The position numbers were made by a program, and so were the translations under genes. Below the pieces are notes generated by a model, which saw only the letters and a program-made list of their open reading frames with translations, made no database searches and had not been told where the DNA came from. A stretch of 64,000 nucleotides of DNA from a bacterium (lineage in GTDB: Bacteria; Bdellovibrionota_B; Oligoflexia; Oligoflexales; RGVZ01): NCBI GenBank assembly GCA_043757325.1, contig JAYVPO010000019.1:18624-82623 (forward strand). Direction: 5' to 3'. Shown one piece after another: positions 26,956-39,972 of the stretch; the first letter of the stretch is position 1, and every line of letters starts with the position of its first letter.

Positions 26956-29900
26956 ATGACGTCTCTCGCATCTAGTTTTACTCGTCCTCGAAAAAGCTTT
27001 GCAAAAGTAACTTCTGCTATTGAAATTCCCTATTTAATAGAAATTCAAAAGAATAGTTATAACCAATTCCTTCAGTCGGATATCGACCCAAGCAAGCGTA
27101 AGAACGTTGGCCTGGAATCCGTATTTCGCTCGGTTTTCCCAGTTGAAGACCAGTCGGGAGCTGCGACCTTGGAATATGTTAATTATTATTTCGATGACCC
27201 TAAGTATAATGTGGACGAATGCCGTCAAAGGGGCATGAGTTATGCGGCTCCACTGCAAGTTAAAATCAAACTTGTGCGTTTTGAAATTGATAAAAACACT
27301 GGCGCTAAAGGCTTAGGACTTATCAGTGAGCAATGGGTTTATTTTGGCGAAATTCCACTTATGACCAACGACGGTACTTTTATCATAAATGGTATCGAGC
27401 GAGTCATTGTTTCGCAGCTTCATCGTTCATCAGGGGTCTTTTTTGACCACGATAAAGGTAACAACAGCACTACAGGAAAAGTCCTTTATACCGCCCGCAT
27501 TATTCCTTACCGCGGAAGCTGGCTTGATTTTGAATTTGACTCGAAGGATATTTTACATGTGCGAATCGACAAGCGCCGCAAACTGCATGCGTCGATTCTT
27601 TTAAAAGCTCTCGGATACACCGAAGCTCAATTGCTGGATTATTTTTACAAAAAAGAACAGGTTTTTATCCGCGACGGTAAATTCTTGAAACAACTTGATT
27701 TTGATTTGCTGAAATCGCAAAGAGCAAGTTCTGATATTACTGATCCGAAAACCGGGAAAGTTTTTGTGCGACGTGGTCGCCGAATTTCGGCAGGAGCCAT
27801 TCGTCAAATGCAGCAGGCAGGTCTTGAATTTCAAGACTTAAGTGCTGAGGACTTACTAGGAAAAGTGACCGCGGAAGAAGTTGCGGATAAGAACGGTGAC
27901 GTTGTTATTCCTTTGAACACGGAAATTGAAAAAGAACAGTTAAAAAATATTTTTAAAAGCGGAATCGATGAATTTAAAATCTTATTTATTGATGATTTAA
28001 ACGTCGACGCTGCCTTTCGAAATACTCTTGTAAACGATAAAGTCACCACGAAAAATGAGGCCGTCGTTGAGATATTTAAACGTCTACGGCCAGGTGAACC
28101 ACCGACTTTAGAAGAAGCTAACAAGGTTTTTGATAATCTATTTTTTAATCCTGATCGTTACGATTTAACTACTGTTGGTCGGTTAAAAATTAACGCACGT
28201 CTGGGAGTTGATGCGGATTTAGAGCAAAGAACCTTAAGTAAAGAAGACATTTTAAAAACCGTTGAATATCTTTTGAAATTAAAAAATGGCGACGGAGAAA
28301 TCGACGATATTGATCACCTTGGAAATCGCCGCGTACGCGCGGTTGGCGAGCTTTTAGAAAATCAGTATCGCCTAGGTCTTTTGCGAATGGAAAAGCAAAT
28401 TAAAGAAAAACTTCAGTCGCATGATTTGGCAAATGCGTTGGCTTCGGATTTTATTAACAACAAACCCGTGACTGCGGTGGTTAAAGAATTTTTTGGAAGT
28501 TCGCAGCTCAGTCAGTTTATGGATCAGACAAATCCTCTATCAGAGATCACGCACAAAAGGCGCCTATCCGCCCTTGGACCTGGTGGTTTGAGTCGAGATC
28601 GCGCAGGTTTCGAAGTGCGCGACGTGCATCCAACGCACTACGGAAGAATTTGTCCTGTTGAAACACCAGAGGGACCAAATATTGGTTTGATTTCATCTTT
28701 GGCTTGTTTTGCGCGAGTGAATGAATATGGGTTTATCGAAACTCCATTTCAAAATATTAAAGATGCCTCTGTAAAATATTATTCTGCTAACGAAGAACAC
28801 AAAAATCACGTGGTGGCCCAAGCGACTTTTGATCACAGCCAACCTGGTGATAATTTTATCGGTGCTCGCCGAAGCGGTGAGAGCGAAATTGTGCGAGCGG
28901 AAGAAGCCGATTTGAAGGATGTTGGGACGAATCAACTGGTTTCTGTGGCAGCTTCTTTGATCCCATTTTTACAAAATGACGATGCGAACCGCGCTCTAAT
29001 GGGTTCCAACATGCAGCGCCAAGCAGTGCCGTTAATTCGAACTGCAGCTCCATTGATTGGCACTGGCCTTGAGAGAACCGTGGCTCGAGATTCTGGTGCT
29101 ACTGTTGTTGCTAAACGGGATGGTGTCGTTGTGGCACTTGATTCCGATCGTATTGTTTTAAAAACTTTCGAAGCCGATACGGACAATTTGACCGAAGTCG
29201 GAGCCGATGTTGATATTTACAATTTGCAGAAATACAAGCGCTCTAATGTTGACACCTGTATTAACCAACGCCCGATTGTTCAAAAAGGTGAAACTGTTCG
29301 TAAAGGCGATATCATAGCTGATGGATTCGCGACTGAACTTGGAGAACTTGCCTTAGGCCAAAATGTCGTAGTGGCATTTATGCCTTGGAATGGTTACAAC
29401 TTTGAAGATTCAATTCTTATTTCCGAACGAGTTGTGAAAGAAGATTTATTCACCAGTGTTCATATTCAAGAATTTGAATGTATTTCTCGAGACACAAAGT
29501 TAGGCGCCGAAGAAATCACCGGTGATATACCTAACGTGGGTGAAGAAGCTCTTAAGAATCTCGACGATGCAGGAATCATTCGAATTGGTGCTGAAGTCAA
29601 GCCTAGCGATATTTTGGTTGGAAAAATCACCCCAAAAGGCGAAACCCAACTCACCCCAGAAGAAAAACTGTTAAAAGCTATCTTCGGTGAGAAAGCAGGG
29701 GACGTTCGTGATACCTCTTTGCGAGTACCGCCAGGAGTTGTAGGAACCGTTATCGGAGCCAAGGTTTTTGCCCGTGCTGGTGAAGAAAAAGATTCGCGCA
29801 GTTTGCAGATTGAAGCTCAGGAAGTTGCGAAAATCAAAAAAGATGAATCTGATAAAATTTCTATCATCAAGGACTCGGCAGTTGGAAAGATCGCGCGAAT

Positions 29901-31077
29901 TTCGGCTGCTGATGAACTTGCTGCAGATATTAAAGATGACAGTGGCGAAGTTGTGGCCAAAAAAGGCTCCAAAGTCGACGCGGCATTTTTAGAAAATCTC
30001 GATTACAGCCTTTGGGAACAAGTTACGGTTAAAAAGTTAGAAAATAGCTCGAATCTCAAAAAAGCTTTAGATAACTTAAAAGAGAAAATTAATTTAATTC
30101 GCTTTATTAGTGATGAACAAATTAAAAAAGTTAAAAAAGGCGACGAGTTGCCGCCAACGGTTATCAAGCTTGTAAAAGTTTATGTGGCTATTAAACGTAA
30201 ACTTGCAGTCGGTGATAAAATGGCAGGACGGCACGGGAATAAAGGGGTTGTTTCGCGCATCCTTCCCGAAGAAGATATGCCATTTTTAGCCAACGGCAAA
30301 CCAGTTGACGTGGTGTTAAATCCTCTCGGTGTTCCGTCACGTATGAATGTGGGACAAATTCTTGAGACACATTTGGGTTGGGCTGCCAAAGGAATCGGCG
30401 AAAAAATAAGTCGCTTTTTAGAAGAAAATTCTCCTAAAGAAGAACTACAAAAGTATGCGCTTAGTGTTTGGAAAAACGATCCAGAAGTGGAAAAATTTGT
30501 AAAATCTGCTACCGAAGATCAGCTTAAAACTTTTTTAAGCAAATATAAAAACGGTGTGCATTTTGCAAACCCAGTTTTTGATGGGGCTACGGAAGAAGAA
30601 ATTCGCGATACTCTGACGCTAGCGGGATTTGACCGCACTGGACAGGTTTATCTCTACGATGGAAGAACAGGCAATAGATTCGACAAGCCCGTTACGGTGG
30701 GAGTGATGTATGTGCTTAAACTTCATCACTTGGTCGACGAAAAAATTCATGCACGAGCAACCGGACCCTACAGTCTTATTACACAGCAGCCTTTAGGCGG
30801 AAAAGCACAATTCGGTGGTCAGCGACTTGGAGAAATGGAAGTTTGGGCTATGGAGGCTTATGGCGCCGCGTTCACACTTCAGGAATTTCTAACAGTGAAG
30901 TCTGATGATGTTGTAGGACGAACACGGATGTATGAAGCGATTGTTAAAGGTACTAACATCATGACGCCAGGACTTCCTGAAAGTTTCAACGTGCTGATTA
31001 AAGAACTGCAAAGTCTTGGTCTTGACGTATCGCTATTACGTAAAGACGGAGATCAAGTTGTGTCCCATGAGATTTGA
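26956..31077 (+). CDS. rpoB: DNA-directed RNA polymerase subunit beta
   Basis: Start taken at ATG 26956 ([22 protein letters not shown] upstream). The ORF-track GTG 26896 lies inside the attenuator hairpin. Conserved motifs occur throughout ([15 protein letters not shown] etc). Confidence 0.97.
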   Translation: MTSLASSFTRPRKSFAKVTSAIEIPYLIEIQKNSYNQFLQSDIDPSKRKNVGLESVFRSVFPVEDQSGAATLEYVNYYFDDPKYNVDECRQRGMSYAAPLQVKIKLVRFEIDKNTGAKGLGLISEQWVYFGEIPLMTNDGTFIINGIERVIVSQLHRSSGVFFDHDKGNNSTTGKVLYTARIIPYRGSWLDFEFDSKDILHVRIDKRRKLHASILLKALGYTEAQLLDYFYKKEQVFIRDGKFLKQLDFDLLKSQRASSDITDPKTGKVFVRRGRRISAGAIRQMQQAGLEFQDLSAEDLLGKVTAEEVADKNGDVVIPLNTEIEKEQLKNIFKSGIDEFKILFIDDLNVDAAFRNTLVNDKVTTKNEAVVEIFKRLRPGEPPTLEEANKVFDNLFFNPDRYDLTTVGRLKINARLGVDADLEQRTLSKEDILKTVEYLLKLKNGDGEIDDIDHLGNRRVRAVGELLENQYRLGLLRMEKQIKEKLQSHDLANALASDFINNKPVTAVVKEFFGSSQLSQFMDQTNPLSEITHKRRLSALGPGGLSRDRAGFEVRDVHPTHYGRICPVETPEGPNIGLISSLACFARVNEYGFIETPFQNIKDASVKYYSANEEHKNHVVAQATFDHSQPGDNFIGARRSGESEIVRAEEADLKDVGTNQLVSVAASLIPFLQNDDANRALMGSNMQRQAVPLIRTAAPLIGTGLERTVARDSGATVVAKRDGVVVALDSDRIVLKTFEADTDNLTEVGADVDIYNLQKYKRSNVDTCINQRPIVQKGETVRKGDIIADGFATELGELALGQNVVVAFMPWNGYNFEDSILISERVVKEDLFTSVHIQEFECISRDTKLGAEEITGDIPNVGEEALKNLDDAGIIRIGAEVKPSDILVGKITPKGETQLTPEEKLLKAIFGEKAGDVRDTSLRVPPGVVGTVIGAKVFARAGEEKDSRSLQIEAQEVAKIKKDESDKISIIKDSAVGKIARISAADELAADIKDDSGEVVAKKGSKVDAAFLENLDYSLWEQVTVKKLENSSNLKKALDNLKEKINLIRFISDEQIKKVKKGDELPPTVIKLVKVYVAIKRKLAVGDKMAGRHGNKGVVSRILPEEDMPFLANGKPVDVVLNPLGVPSRMNVGQILETHLGWAAKGIGEKISRFLEENSPKEELQKYALSVWKNDPEVEKFVKSATEDQLKTFLSKYKNGVHFANPVFDGATEEEIRDTLTLAGFDRTGQVYLYDGRTGNRFDKPVTVGVMYVLKLHHLVDEKIHARATGPYSLITQQPLGGKAQFGGQRLGEMEVWAMEAYGAAFTLQEFLTVKSDDVVGRTRMYEAIVKGTNIMTPGLPESFNVLIKELQSLGLDVSLLRKDGDQVVSHEI

Positions 31078-31139
31078 AAAAAAATAAATAACGAAGCGAG
31101 TTACCGTTTAACTCTGTTAGTAGAAAAAAAGGATATTGC

Positions 31140-34100
31140 ATGAATGATTTCTTAACTTTTAGCCCTAAGCCTAGTGATCCTTTAAGCTTTACTGGGGTAA
31201 AAATTTCGGTTGCTTCACCAGAAAAGATTCGAAGCTGGTCTTATGGTGAAGTGAAAAAATTCGAAACGATTAATTACCGAACATTCAAGCCTGAGCGCGA
31301 CGGTTTGTTTTGTGCAAAAATCTTTGGACCAGTGCGCGATTTTGAATGTATTTGCGGCAAATATAAGCGCATGAAGCATCGTGGAATTGTGTGCGATAAG
31401 TGTGGCGTAGAAGTGATTCAAGCCAAAGTTCGTCGTGAGCGTTTGGGGCATATTAACCTCGCAACACCAGTGGCTCATATTTGGTTTTTGAAATCCCTGC
31501 CATCTCGGATCGGAGCGATTCTAGATATTTTACTCAAAGACGTTGAACGAATTCTTTACAGCGAATCGTATGTTATTTTGGATCCGGGTAATGAAACGGT
31601 TACAAAAATGTCTAAAGGTGATGTTCTTTCGCAAGAAGAATACGACAAAGCACTTAGTGAATTCGGCAACGGAACTTTTCGAGTTGGCTCAGGCGGCGAA
31701 GCGATTCAAGAACTTCTTGGTGGTCTGCGTATTGAAGAGTTAGCCGATCAACTAAGAATTGACCTTGATGGCACAACTTCAGATGCGGCCCGTAAAAAAA
31801 TCCAAAAGCGTTTGAAGGTTGTTGAAGCTTTCAATCAGATGGACGAGAGCGGCGAATTTATGGCCAAACCACAATGGATGATGTTAAGTGTTATCCCAGT
31901 TTTGCCTCCTGATTTAAGACCTTTGGTGCCTTTGGAAGGTGGACGTTTTGCCAATTCCGATTTAAATGATCTTTACCGACGAGTGATTTCTCGAAACAAC
32001 CGTTTGATTAAATTAATTGAAATGAATGCGCCGGAACTTATCGTTCGTAACGAAAAACGCATGCTCCAAGAATCAGTCGACGCGCTGTTTGATAACGGTC
32101 GTCGGGGCAAGCATTATGTTGGTGCAAACAAGAGGCCACTGCGTTCACTTTCGGATATGCTCAAAGGAAAACAAGGTCGTTTTCGTCAAAATTTATTGGG
32201 AAAACGCGTGGATTATTCCGGTCGTTCAGTCATTGTTGTGGGTCCGGAACTTCGGCTTCATCAGTGTGGACTTCCTAAAAAGATGGCCATTGAACTATTT
32301 AAGCCGTTTCTTTACAATAAACTTGAAGAACACGGAATTGTTTCCAATATTCGTAGTGCCAAAAAACTTGTGGAGAAAGAACGCCCAGAAGTTTGGGATT
32401 GCCTCGAAGAAGTAACTAAAGAACATCCGATTTTGCTCAACCGAGCCCCAACTCTGCACAGACTTGGAATTCAAGCTTTTGAGCCGGTATTAATTGAAGG
32501 AAAAGCGATCCAACTTCATCCGCTTGTTTGTTTTGCATTTAATGCGGACTTCGACGGTGACCAGATGGCCGTCCACGTACCTTTATCAGTGGAAGCCCAG
32601 ATGGAAGCGCGTGTTCTGATGATGTCGACCAATAATATTTTAAGTCCGGCATCGGGAAGCCCGGTTATAGTTCCATCGCAAGATATTGTTTTGGGAATTT
32701 ATTATTTAACAAAAGACGATATTAGTGCCACGGGAGCTGGCAAATCTTTTTCTTCCATCGAAGAAGTACGCGTTGCTTTTGATCATGGATTAGTGGCCAT
32801 TCAGGCTCCGATTAAAGTTCGGATTGATAATGAAAGTTTTGATACCACCGTCGGCCGGGTATTATTGTCTGAAGTATTGCCAGAGAATTTATCTTTTTCT
32901 CACATCAATAAAGTTTTGGGCAAAAAAGAAATGGCCAAGCTAGTAAATTTTGTATTCCATCTTTGTGGACCAAAAAGAACAGTGTTGCTAGCTGATGCTC
33001 TACGATCTATGGGCTACCGCTATTCGACCAAGGCCGGTCTGTCAATTTCTATTGGCGACATGGTAGTACCAACTAGCAAACCAAAACTTCTAGAAGGTGC
33101 TTATGACGAAGTTAAAAAAATTAAAGAGCAGTACTCTGAAGGTCTTTTGACTGAAGGCGAACGGTACAATAAAGTAGTAGATATTTGGGCCAAAGTTACA
33201 GAAAGCATCGCCCATGAAATGTTTGAAAATATCGCTGAGACCGATAAAATTGACTACAAAGGTGTAAAGCAACGTGTAGCCAGCGATAACTCGATCTTTA
33301 TGATGGCGGACTCTGGAGCGCGGGGTTCTGCTCAGCAGATTCGTCAGCTTGCGGGTATGCGCGGACTTATGGCGAAACCAAGCGGGGAGATTATTGAAAC
33401 GCCAATTACCTCGAACTTTCGCGAAGGTCTGTCGGTTTTGGAATATTTTACTTCGACTCACGGTGCACGTAAAGGTCTGGCTGATACTGCTTTAAAAACC
33501 GCAAGCTCTGGTTATTTGACAAGACGACTTGTGGATGTGGCCCAGGATGCAATCGTGTCTGAATTTGATTGTGGTACCACCGATGGTATCAACATGACTC
33601 CGCTGCGGGAAGGTTCCGATATTAAAGAAACCTTGGGCGAAAGAATTCTAGGACGAGCATCTGTCGAAGATATTACACATCCTAAAACCGGTGCCTTAAT
33701 TTTGGCAGCTGGGGAATTATTTGACGAGAAGTTGGCAAAAATTGTTGACGAAGTTGGTATTGAAACTGTCAAAATCCGTTCGGTGTTAACCTGCGAATCA
33801 CGCCGCGGAACCTGTGCAAAATGTTATGGCCGCGACTTGGCGTTTGGACGCTTGGTTAACGTCGGCGAAGCTATCGGGGTCATTGCAGCGCAATCTATCG
33901 GAGAGCCTGGTACTCAGCTTACTATGCGTACTTTCCACTTTGGTGGAACGATTTCTCACAAGGTTGAAAAAACGACTTTAGATAGCAAGTTCTCTGGTTT
34001 TACTCGATTTAAAAATCTAAAAACCGTCGCAAACCGCGATGGTCAGTTGGTGGTGTTAAGCCGAAACGGTGAAATCGAACTTGTCGACGACAAAAGTATT

Positions 34101-35270
34101 GTAAAAGATGTTTACCCGATTGTTTACGGTTCAACTTTGCTGGTGAAAGATAAGCAAGCCGTACTTGCAGGTGCGAGACTTGCTGAATGGGATCCGTTTG
34201 CTGTTCCGATTGTTTCGGAATTTTTGGGAACCGTAAAATACGTTGATTTGCGTGAAGGCCATACCATTGAAGAGCGGCTAGACGAAAACACGTTTTTGTC
34301 ACGTAAAACAGTTATTGAATCCAAAAGCAGCGAACTTAAACCTGCATTAGAAGTTGTTCAAGGTGGCGGCAAAAAAGACACCCGTTACAATCTTCCGGTT
34401 GGAGCAATTATTGCGTTTGAAAATGGTGGCCAAGTTGCTCCTGGTGATATTATAGCAAAAATTCCTCGCGAAACTGCCAAAACTAAAGACATTACTGGTG
34501 GTCTACCTCGCGTAGCTGAATTATTTGAGGCGCGAAAGCCTAAAGATGTTTCCATCATGGCTGATCGTGACGGTACGGTGACTTTTGGGCCGGACACAAA
34601 GGGTAAAAGAAAACTTCTATTAACTGACGATGAAGGTAACGAAAAAGAATATCTAATTCCGAAGGGCAAGCACGTTGTAGTAACCGAAGGTGACTACGTG
34701 CGAAAGGGCGAAGCTTTAGTCGATGGTTCGCCAAATCCTCACGAAATTCTCGAAGTACTCGGTCGTACTGCTTTAGCTCGTTACTTAACCGACGAAGTCC
34801 TAGAGGTTTACAGGCTTCAAGGTGTTAAAATTAACGACAAGCATATTGAAGTTATCGTGCGACAAATGCTACGCCGCGTGAAAGTATCTGATAGCGGAGA
34901 AAGTAAATTCCTAGTCGGCGAACAAGTCGAAAAAGCCGACGTTGATGAATTAAACGTCACGCTTGCGGCAGAAGGAAAACGAGTTGTTAAGTACGATGCA
35001 TTGCTACTTGGGATTACGAAAGCATCGCTCGCAACCGATAGCTTTATCTCGGCGGCATCTTTCCAAGAAACGACTAAGGTTCTAACTGAGGCTAGTATTT
35101 ATAGCCGAACTGACGACTTAAAGGGATTAAAAGAAAACGTCATTATGGGGCGTTTGATTCCAGCTGGAACAGGAGCTACTATTTATCGCTCAATTAAATC
35201 TCGACTTGATGGTGAAGAAGAACATACTTCTGAGGTTGTTGAAGTTGAAAAAGAAGCATCTCGAGCTTAA
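31140..35270 (+). CDS. rpoC: DNA-directed RNA polymerase subunit beta'
   Basis: Zn-finger [20 protein letters not shown] and catalytic [12 protein letters not shown]. Confidence 0.98.
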   Translation: MNDFLTFSPKPSDPLSFTGVKISVASPEKIRSWSYGEVKKFETINYRTFKPERDGLFCAKIFGPVRDFECICGKYKRMKHRGIVCDKCGVEVIQAKVRRERLGHINLATPVAHIWFLKSLPSRIGAILDILLKDVERILYSESYVILDPGNETVTKMSKGDVLSQEEYDKALSEFGNGTFRVGSGGEAIQELLGGLRIEELADQLRIDLDGTTSDAARKKIQKRLKVVEAFNQMDESGEFMAKPQWMMLSVIPVLPPDLRPLVPLEGGRFANSDLNDLYRRVISRNNRLIKLIEMNAPELIVRNEKRMLQESVDALFDNGRRGKHYVGANKRPLRSLSDMLKGKQGRFRQNLLGKRVDYSGRSVIVVGPELRLHQCGLPKKMAIELFKPFLYNKLEEHGIVSNIRSAKKLVEKERPEVWDCLEEVTKEHPILLNRAPTLHRLGIQAFEPVLIEGKAIQLHPLVCFAFNADFDGDQMAVHVPLSVEAQMEARVLMMSTNNILSPASGSPVIVPSQDIVLGIYYLTKDDISATGAGKSFSSIEEVRVAFDHGLVAIQAPIKVRIDNESFDTTVGRVLLSEVLPENLSFSHINKVLGKKEMAKLVNFVFHLCGPKRTVLLADALRSMGYRYSTKAGLSISIGDMVVPTSKPKLLEGAYDEVKKIKEQYSEGLLTEGERYNKVVDIWAKVTESIAHEMFENIAETDKIDYKGVKQRVASDNSIFMMADSGARGSAQQIRQLAGMRGLMAKPSGEIIETPITSNFREGLSVLEYFTSTHGARKGLADTALKTASSGYLTRRLVDVAQDAIVSEFDCGTTDGINMTPLREGSDIKETLGERILGRASVEDITHPKTGALILAAGELFDEKLAKIVDEVGIETVKIRSVLTCESRRGTCAKCYGRDLAFGRLVNVGEAIGVIAAQSIGEPGTQLTMRTFHFGGTISHKVEKTTLDSKFSGFTRFKNLKTVANRDGQLVVLSRNGEIELVDDKSIVKDVYPIVYGSTLLVKDKQAVLAGARLAEWDPFAVPIVSEFLGTVKYVDLREGHTIEERLDENTFLSRKTVIESKSSELKPALEVVQGGGKKDTRYNLPVGAIIAFENGGQVAPGDIIAKIPRETAKTKDITGGLPRVAELFEARKPKDVSIMADRDGTVTFGPDTKGKRKLLLTDDEGNEKEYLIPKGKHVVVTEGDYVRKGEALVDGSPNPHEILEVLGRTALARYLTDEVLEVYRLQGVKINDKHIEVIVRQMLRRVKVSDSGESKFLVGEQVEKADVDELNVTLAAEGKRVVKYDALLLGITKASLATDSFISAASFQETTKVLTEASIYSRTDDLKGLKENVIMGRLIPAGTGATIYRSIKSRLDGEEEHTSEVVEVEKEASRA

Positions 35271-35387
35271 ATCAGGATGATTTTATTGCTTCGTAAGTAA
35301 ATTTAGGTTAGAAAATAAGTCTTAGTAAACAAGATATTGAGAAAAAAGCAGCTATAAACGTATTAAAGGTTAAAAGAAGAGAAAAGA

Positions 35388-35768
35388 ATGCCAACAATTA
35401 ATCAACTTATAAGAACGGGCAGAACCCAGGCTAAAAGAAAAACCAAGGCTCCTGCTTTACAAAATTGTCCGTCACGACGTGGAGTTTGTGTTCGTGTTTA
35501 TACGGCAACCCCTAAAAAGCCTAACTCAGCTTTGCGAAAAGTTGCTCGTGTTAGGCTTACAAATGGCATGGAAGTGACTTCTTACATTGGCGGTGAAGGC
35601 CACAATCTTCAGGAACACTCCGTCGTACTTGTGCGTGGCGGTAGAGTCAAAGACTTACCGGGTGTGCGGTATCACGTTGTCCGTGGTTCCCTCGATACAG
35701 CAGGTGTTAATGCTCGCCGTCAAGCGCGCAGTAAGTACGGCGCTAAACGACCTAAAGCAGCAACTTAA
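35388..35768 (+). CDS. rpsL: 30S ribosomal protein S12
   Basis: MPTINQLIR...[16 protein letters not shown]. Confidence 0.98.
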   Translation: MPTINQLIRTGRTQAKRKTKAPALQNCPSRRGVCVRVYTATPKKPNSALRKVARVRLTNGMEVTSYIGGEGHNLQEHSVVLVRGGRVKDLPGVRYHVVRGSLDTAGVNARRQARSKYGAKRPKAAT

Positions 35769-35817
35769 GAATTTTAAAAATAAAATGAAAAATACAATTT
35801 GAAGGAAAGATTTTAAT

Positions 35818-36306
35818 ATGGCCCGTCGTCGTGAGATACCAAAGAGAACTATTCTCCCAGATCCAAAGTTTAAAGATATTTTAGTTTCAAAATTTATGAA
35901 TTGCATGATGAAGCACGGCAAAAAAAGTGCGGCTGAAAAGGCTTTTTATAGCGCAATTGATTCGATCGATGCCAAAGGGCTTCAAGGCCTTGGAACTTTC
36001 AAAAGTGGTATTGATGTATTTAAAAATGCGGTGGAAAACACTAAGCCCCTGGTTGAAGTGAAATCTCGCAGAGTCGGTGGTTCTAATTACCAAGTGCCGA
36101 TTGAAGTACGGTCTGACCGCAGACAGGCTTTAGCAATTCGCTGGCTGATTGAATTTGCACGGGACCGTACTGGGAAAAGTATGTCCGAAAAATTGGCCGG
36201 TGAATTTTTTGATGCTGCCAATAAGCGAGGCGGCGCTATTAAACGACGCGAAGATGTTCATAAAATGGCTGAGGCTAACAAAGCTTTCGCACATTTTAGA
36301 TGGTAG
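35818..36306 (+). CDS. rpsG: 30S ribosomal protein S7
   Basis: [10 protein letters not shown]...[12 protein letters not shown]...AFAHFRW. Confidence 0.98.
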   Translation: MARRREIPKRTILPDPKFKDILVSKFMNCMMKHGKKSAAEKAFYSAIDSIDAKGLQGLGTFKSGIDVFKNAVENTKPLVEVKSRRVGGSNYQVPIEVRSDRRQALAIRWLIEFARDRTGKSMSEKLAGEFFDAANKRGGAIKRREDVHKMAEANKAFAHFRW

Positions 36307-36394
36307 ATTAGTACTACAACGGTAACTTTTAGAAAAATTAATTACCGTGCAATTAGCGTTGTCTTCATAGCTAGATATTGTTTTAATTTTAAAG

Positions 36395-36427
36395 CTGACT
36401 ATCGAAATCGATGATCAGTTTTTTTTA
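36395..36427 (+). terminator. Hairpin + T9 run between rpsG and fusA (terminator/attenuator-like)
   Basis: ctgactatcga (36395-405) pairs with tcgatgatcag (36408-18) with an internal 2-nt mismatch, followed by ttttttttt. Confidence 0.45.
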
Positions 36428-36450
36428 TTTAATTTGATTGAAAATATATT

Positions 36451-38523
36451 ATGTCTCTTCAGTACTCAGTTGAAAATCTTCGCAACGTTGGGATTATGGC
36501 TCATATCGATGCCGGTAAAACCACTACCACAGAACGTATTTTATTTTATACCGGCCTTATTCACAAAGTCGGAGAAGTTCACGAAGGAACTTCTACCATG
36601 GACTGGATGCCTCAAGAACAAGAACGCGGGATTACCATTACAGCAGCTGCTATAACGTGTTTTTGGAAAAACAATCAAATTAATATTATCGATACGCCTG
36701 GCCACGTGGATTTTACCGTGGAAGTCGAGCGGTCGTTGCGTGTTCTTGACGGAGCTGTTGCTGTTTTCGACAGTGTGCAAGGAGTTGAACCTCAATCTGA
36801 GACCGTGTGGCGACAGGCCGATAAATATAAAGTCGCAAGAATTTGTTTTATAAATAAAATGGATCTTGTGGGTGCTGATTTTGCTGCATCGGTGCAGTCA
36901 ATAAAAGAAAAGTTAGCCGCAAATCCTGTGCCTATTCAATTTCCAGTTGGAGCAGAAGATCAGTTTCAGGGAGTTATAGACCTGTGCACTATGAAATTTT
37001 TTGACTGGGGAATTGGTGAAGCCGATGGCACAAAATTTTCGGAAAAAGACATACCAGAACATTTAACAACCGACTGCCAGATTGCACGGGAAGTTCTGAT
37101 TGAAAGCTTGGCGGACTGCGACGAAGAGTTTGGAGATTTATTTTTATCGGGAGAGCCGATTTTAAGCACTCATCTACAGCAGGCTATTCGGCGAACAAGC
37201 ATTGCGTTAAAAATAACACCAGTAGTTTGTGGCAGCTCTTTTCGAAATAAAGGGGTTCAACTTTTGCTTGATGCTATCATTAATTATCTGCCCTCACCTA
37301 AAGATTTAACCGCGATTTCTGGACTTAGCGCAGATGATCAAGAAAAACCATTGGTGCGAGAGCGCAAAGCAGATCAGCCTTTTTCTGCTATTGCGTTTAA
37401 AATCATGAGTGATCCCTTTGTTGGTCAGTTGATTTTTTGTCGCGTCTATTCTGGAGTATTGTTAACCGGAGGTGTTGTTTTAAATACTCGAACTGGCAAA
37501 CGCGAACGGGTCGGAAAAATTGTGTTGATGCAGGCCAACGATCGCAAGGAAGTAGAGCGCGTAGAAGCTGGAGAAATTTGTGCATTGTCCGGCTTAAAAA
37601 ATATTATGACTGGAGACACATTATCCGATCAGCACCACACCATTCGCTTTGAAAGCCTTATATTTCCTGAGCCAGTTATTTCAATTGCGATCGAACCGCG
37701 AACGTCAGTTGATTCCGATAAGTTAAGCAAAGCTCTGGAACGTTTGGCGGGGGAAGATCCGTCGCTTAAAATTTCAGTGGATGGCGAAACCGGCCAAATG
37801 ATCTTAAGTGGAATGGGTGAATTACACCTGGATGTTTGTGTTGATAGACTTAAACGAGAATTTAAAGTTGAAGTTAACGTTGGTACGCCGCAAGTTTCTT
37901 ATCGTGAAGCGCCAGTTGCACCCATGACTCGAGAAGAAGTTTTTGAACGAGAAATTGGCAGCCTCAGACAGTTTGCCCGTGTCAAAGTGACCGTACGACC
38001 TAATAATATTGCGACCGTTAAAAATTCTATTTCAGCTAAAGAAACCGCTATTCCTAAAACATTCTACGAAGGCGTAAGACGCGGCATGGAAGAAGGACTG
38101 CTATCTGGTCCGACAGCTGGATTTCCTGTGATCGGAGTCGATATTGACGTGGAAGATGGCGCTTTTATTTTGCCAGGTTCTGATAACAATGTGTTTAAAA
38201 TCGCTACGGCTCAAGCTATTCGCGAGGCTCTGCGGGCCGCTAAAACAAAGCTTTTAGAGCCTTTAATGGCTTTAGAAGTTACGGTACCCCATGATTTTTT
38301 GTCTAACGTGATTTCGGATTTGAATTCGCGGCGCGCCCACGTGAACAACGTTGACAATAGAGGGCATTTGGAAATCTTAAGTGCCGATGCGCCGTTATCT
38401 GAAATGTTTGGCTATTCCACTCGTCTGCGCTCGGTGACCCAGGGTCGTGGAACGTTTACAATGAAATTTAAAACCTACCAACAAGTTTCCCTCGCGACTT
38501 TAAAGTTGATTACTGGCACTTAA
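36451..38523 (+). CDS. fusA: Elongation factor G
   Basis: 690 aa. [20 protein letters not shown] and NKMD motifs. Follows rpsL-rpsG. Confidence 0.95.
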   Translation: MSLQYSVENLRNVGIMAHIDAGKTTTTERILFYTGLIHKVGEVHEGTSTMDWMPQEQERGITITAAAITCFWKNNQINIIDTPGHVDFTVEVERSLRVLDGAVAVFDSVQGVEPQSETVWRQADKYKVARICFINKMDLVGADFAASVQSIKEKLAANPVPIQFPVGAEDQFQGVIDLCTMKFFDWGIGEADGTKFSEKDIPEHLTTDCQIAREVLIESLADCDEEFGDLFLSGEPILSTHLQQAIRRTSIALKITPVVCGSSFRNKGVQLLLDAIINYLPSPKDLTAISGLSADDQEKPLVRERKADQPFSAIAFKIMSDPFVGQLIFCRVYSGVLLTGGVVLNTRTGKRERVGKIVLMQANDRKEVERVEAGEICALSGLKNIMTGDTLSDQHHTIRFESLIFPEPVISIAIEPRTSVDSDKLSKALERLAGEDPSLKISVDGETGQMILSGMGELHLDVCVDRLKREFKVEVNVGTPQVSYREAPVAPMTREEVFEREIGSLRQFARVKVTVRPNNIATVKNSISAKETAIPKTFYEGVRRGMEEGLLSGPTAGFPVIGVDIDVEDGAFILPGSDNNVFKIATAQAIREALRAAKTKLLEPLMALEVTVPHDFLSNVISDLNSRRAHVNNVDNRGHLEILSADAPLSEMFGYSTRLRSVTQGRGTFTMKFKTYQQVSLATLKLITGT

Positions 38524-38566
38524 AAACGGTAAAACCAACATAACACGAAAAAAGGGAGAAAAATTT

Positions 38567-39445
38567 ATGGGCCATTTTGTATTTTTGATATTTTTAGCTT
38601 TTTATAGTCCCTTAATATCTGCACAAGTAAATAAACCGCAAAAAACTTATTCCATAGGATTAATCGGCGATTCTATTTCTACAGGATTTGACTCAGAAAA
38701 ATTTTTAGACAACAGAGATTTAGTTTGGGCGACGGGTTTGGATGAAAGGGTGCAAAGTCACGCTTTACGTCTGCAAAAAATTCTAAACCCGTTTGAGGTC
38801 AAAGTTTTGGCTAAAAATGCAGCTAGAGCCAGCGCAAGGTCCAGTAGCTTAGATGTGCAGTGGTCTTGGCTTAAAAATTCCAATCCGGATTATTTAGCTG
38901 TTTTTATGGGCGCCAACGATATATGCAAACCATATGACACCGCAGGCAACACGATTCCGTATGAGGATGTTCAAGCGGCGTATATCAAGAATATCGAAGA
39001 TTTAATCGCAAAAGTACGTCAGCATAGTAAACAAACCCGAATTGTTTTTCTGGGAATTCCAGATGTAAATCGCGTGTTTCAACTTTTCGAAACATATAAA
39101 AACAATCCTAAATACCCATGGGTTAAATCCTGCCCAAATAAATGGCGTCTTGGAGGAATTGTGAATTACAGAATGTGTAAGCCTGCTCTTTACGAAGGTA
39201 CTGACGAAACATCTCGCAATGATTTCGAAAATGCTAGGCTAAGCGCCAACAAAGAGGTCGCAAAGTTGATTGCAGATTTACAAGATCCGTATATCAAGTA
39301 CGACAATAGCACCGCAATTGAAAAGTTTGAGATCGATTTTGTTTCGCCTCTCGATTGTTTTCATCCGTCTGTCCTTGGTCAGAAAACTTTGTCCGAGAAA
39401 ACTTTCGATGCGAAATTTGCTTTGAAAGATTTTTTCACAAAATGA
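38567..39445 (+). CDS. Secreted SGNH/GDSL-family esterase/lipase
   Basis: Signal peptide. Block I GLIGDSISTG, block III FMGANDIC, block V DCFHPS. Confidence 0.8.
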   Translation: MGHFVFLIFLAFYSPLISAQVNKPQKTYSIGLIGDSISTGFDSEKFLDNRDLVWATGLDERVQSHALRLQKILNPFEVKVLAKNAARASARSSSLDVQWSWLKNSNPDYLAVFMGANDICKPYDTAGNTIPYEDVQAAYIKNIEDLIAKVRQHSKQTRIVFLGIPDVNRVFQLFETYKNNPKYPWVKSCPNKWRLGGIVNYRMCKPALYEGTDETSRNDFENARLSANKEVAKLIADLQDPYIKYDNSTAIEKFEIDFVSPLDCFHPSVLGQKTLSEKTFDAKFALKDFFTK

Positions 39446-39957
39446 TGGATTTAACTTCTTATATAAGAAACATCGAAAATTTCCCGTCACCGGGAATATT
39501 ATTCAAAGATATAACCCCGTTATTGGCCGATCCCGAGGCTTTTAAATTTGCATTGGAACGGATGGCGGAATTTTTCGATCCAAAATCGGTTGATGTTATC
39601 GCGGCTATCGAATCAAGAGGCTTTATTTTGGGTGCACCGCTTGCTCTGGCTCTTAAAAAGCCTCTTGTGTTGCTAAGAAAACCGGGAAAACTTCCCTTCA
39701 AAACCATTTCGGAAAGTTATGACTTGGAATACGGTAAAGCCGAACTTCATATGCATATCGACAGCATCAAACCCGGAAATAAAGTTGCACTGATCGACGA
39801 CGTACTCGCCACGGGTGGCACAATGAAAGCCAGTGCGAATTTAATTGAAAAAAGCGGCGGCCAAGTGTTGGGCTGTGGATTTTTAATCGAAATTAATTTT
39901 TTACAGGGCCGCAAAAAACTTGAAGGTATCTACTGTAAAAGTGTCTTAGAATACTGA
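39442..39957 (+). CDS. apt: Adenine phosphoribosyltransferase
   Basis: Start at the ATG overlapping the upstream stop (ATGA). FPSPGILFKDITPLL and the PRPP loop VALIDDVLATGGT. Confidence 0.93.
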   Translation: MMDLTSYIRNIENFPSPGILFKDITPLLADPEAFKFALERMAEFFDPKSVDVIAAIESRGFILGAPLALALKKPLVLLRKPGKLPFKTISESYDLEYGKAELHMHIDSIKPGNKVALIDDVLATGGTMKASANLIEKSGGQVLGCGFLIEINFLQGRKKLEGIYCKSVLEY

Positions 39958-39972
39958 TCAAGGTTCGATACA

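Noticed and set aside
26896-38523. Many 60-130 codon ORFs in the track lie antisense or out of frame within rpoB, rpoC, rpsL/rpsG and fusA. Similar ones lie within clpA, the kinase, tuf and nusG.
   Set aside because: They lie entirely inside strongly conserved genes, lack ribosome-binding sites, and have low-complexity or nonsense-like translations. They are shadow ORFs.
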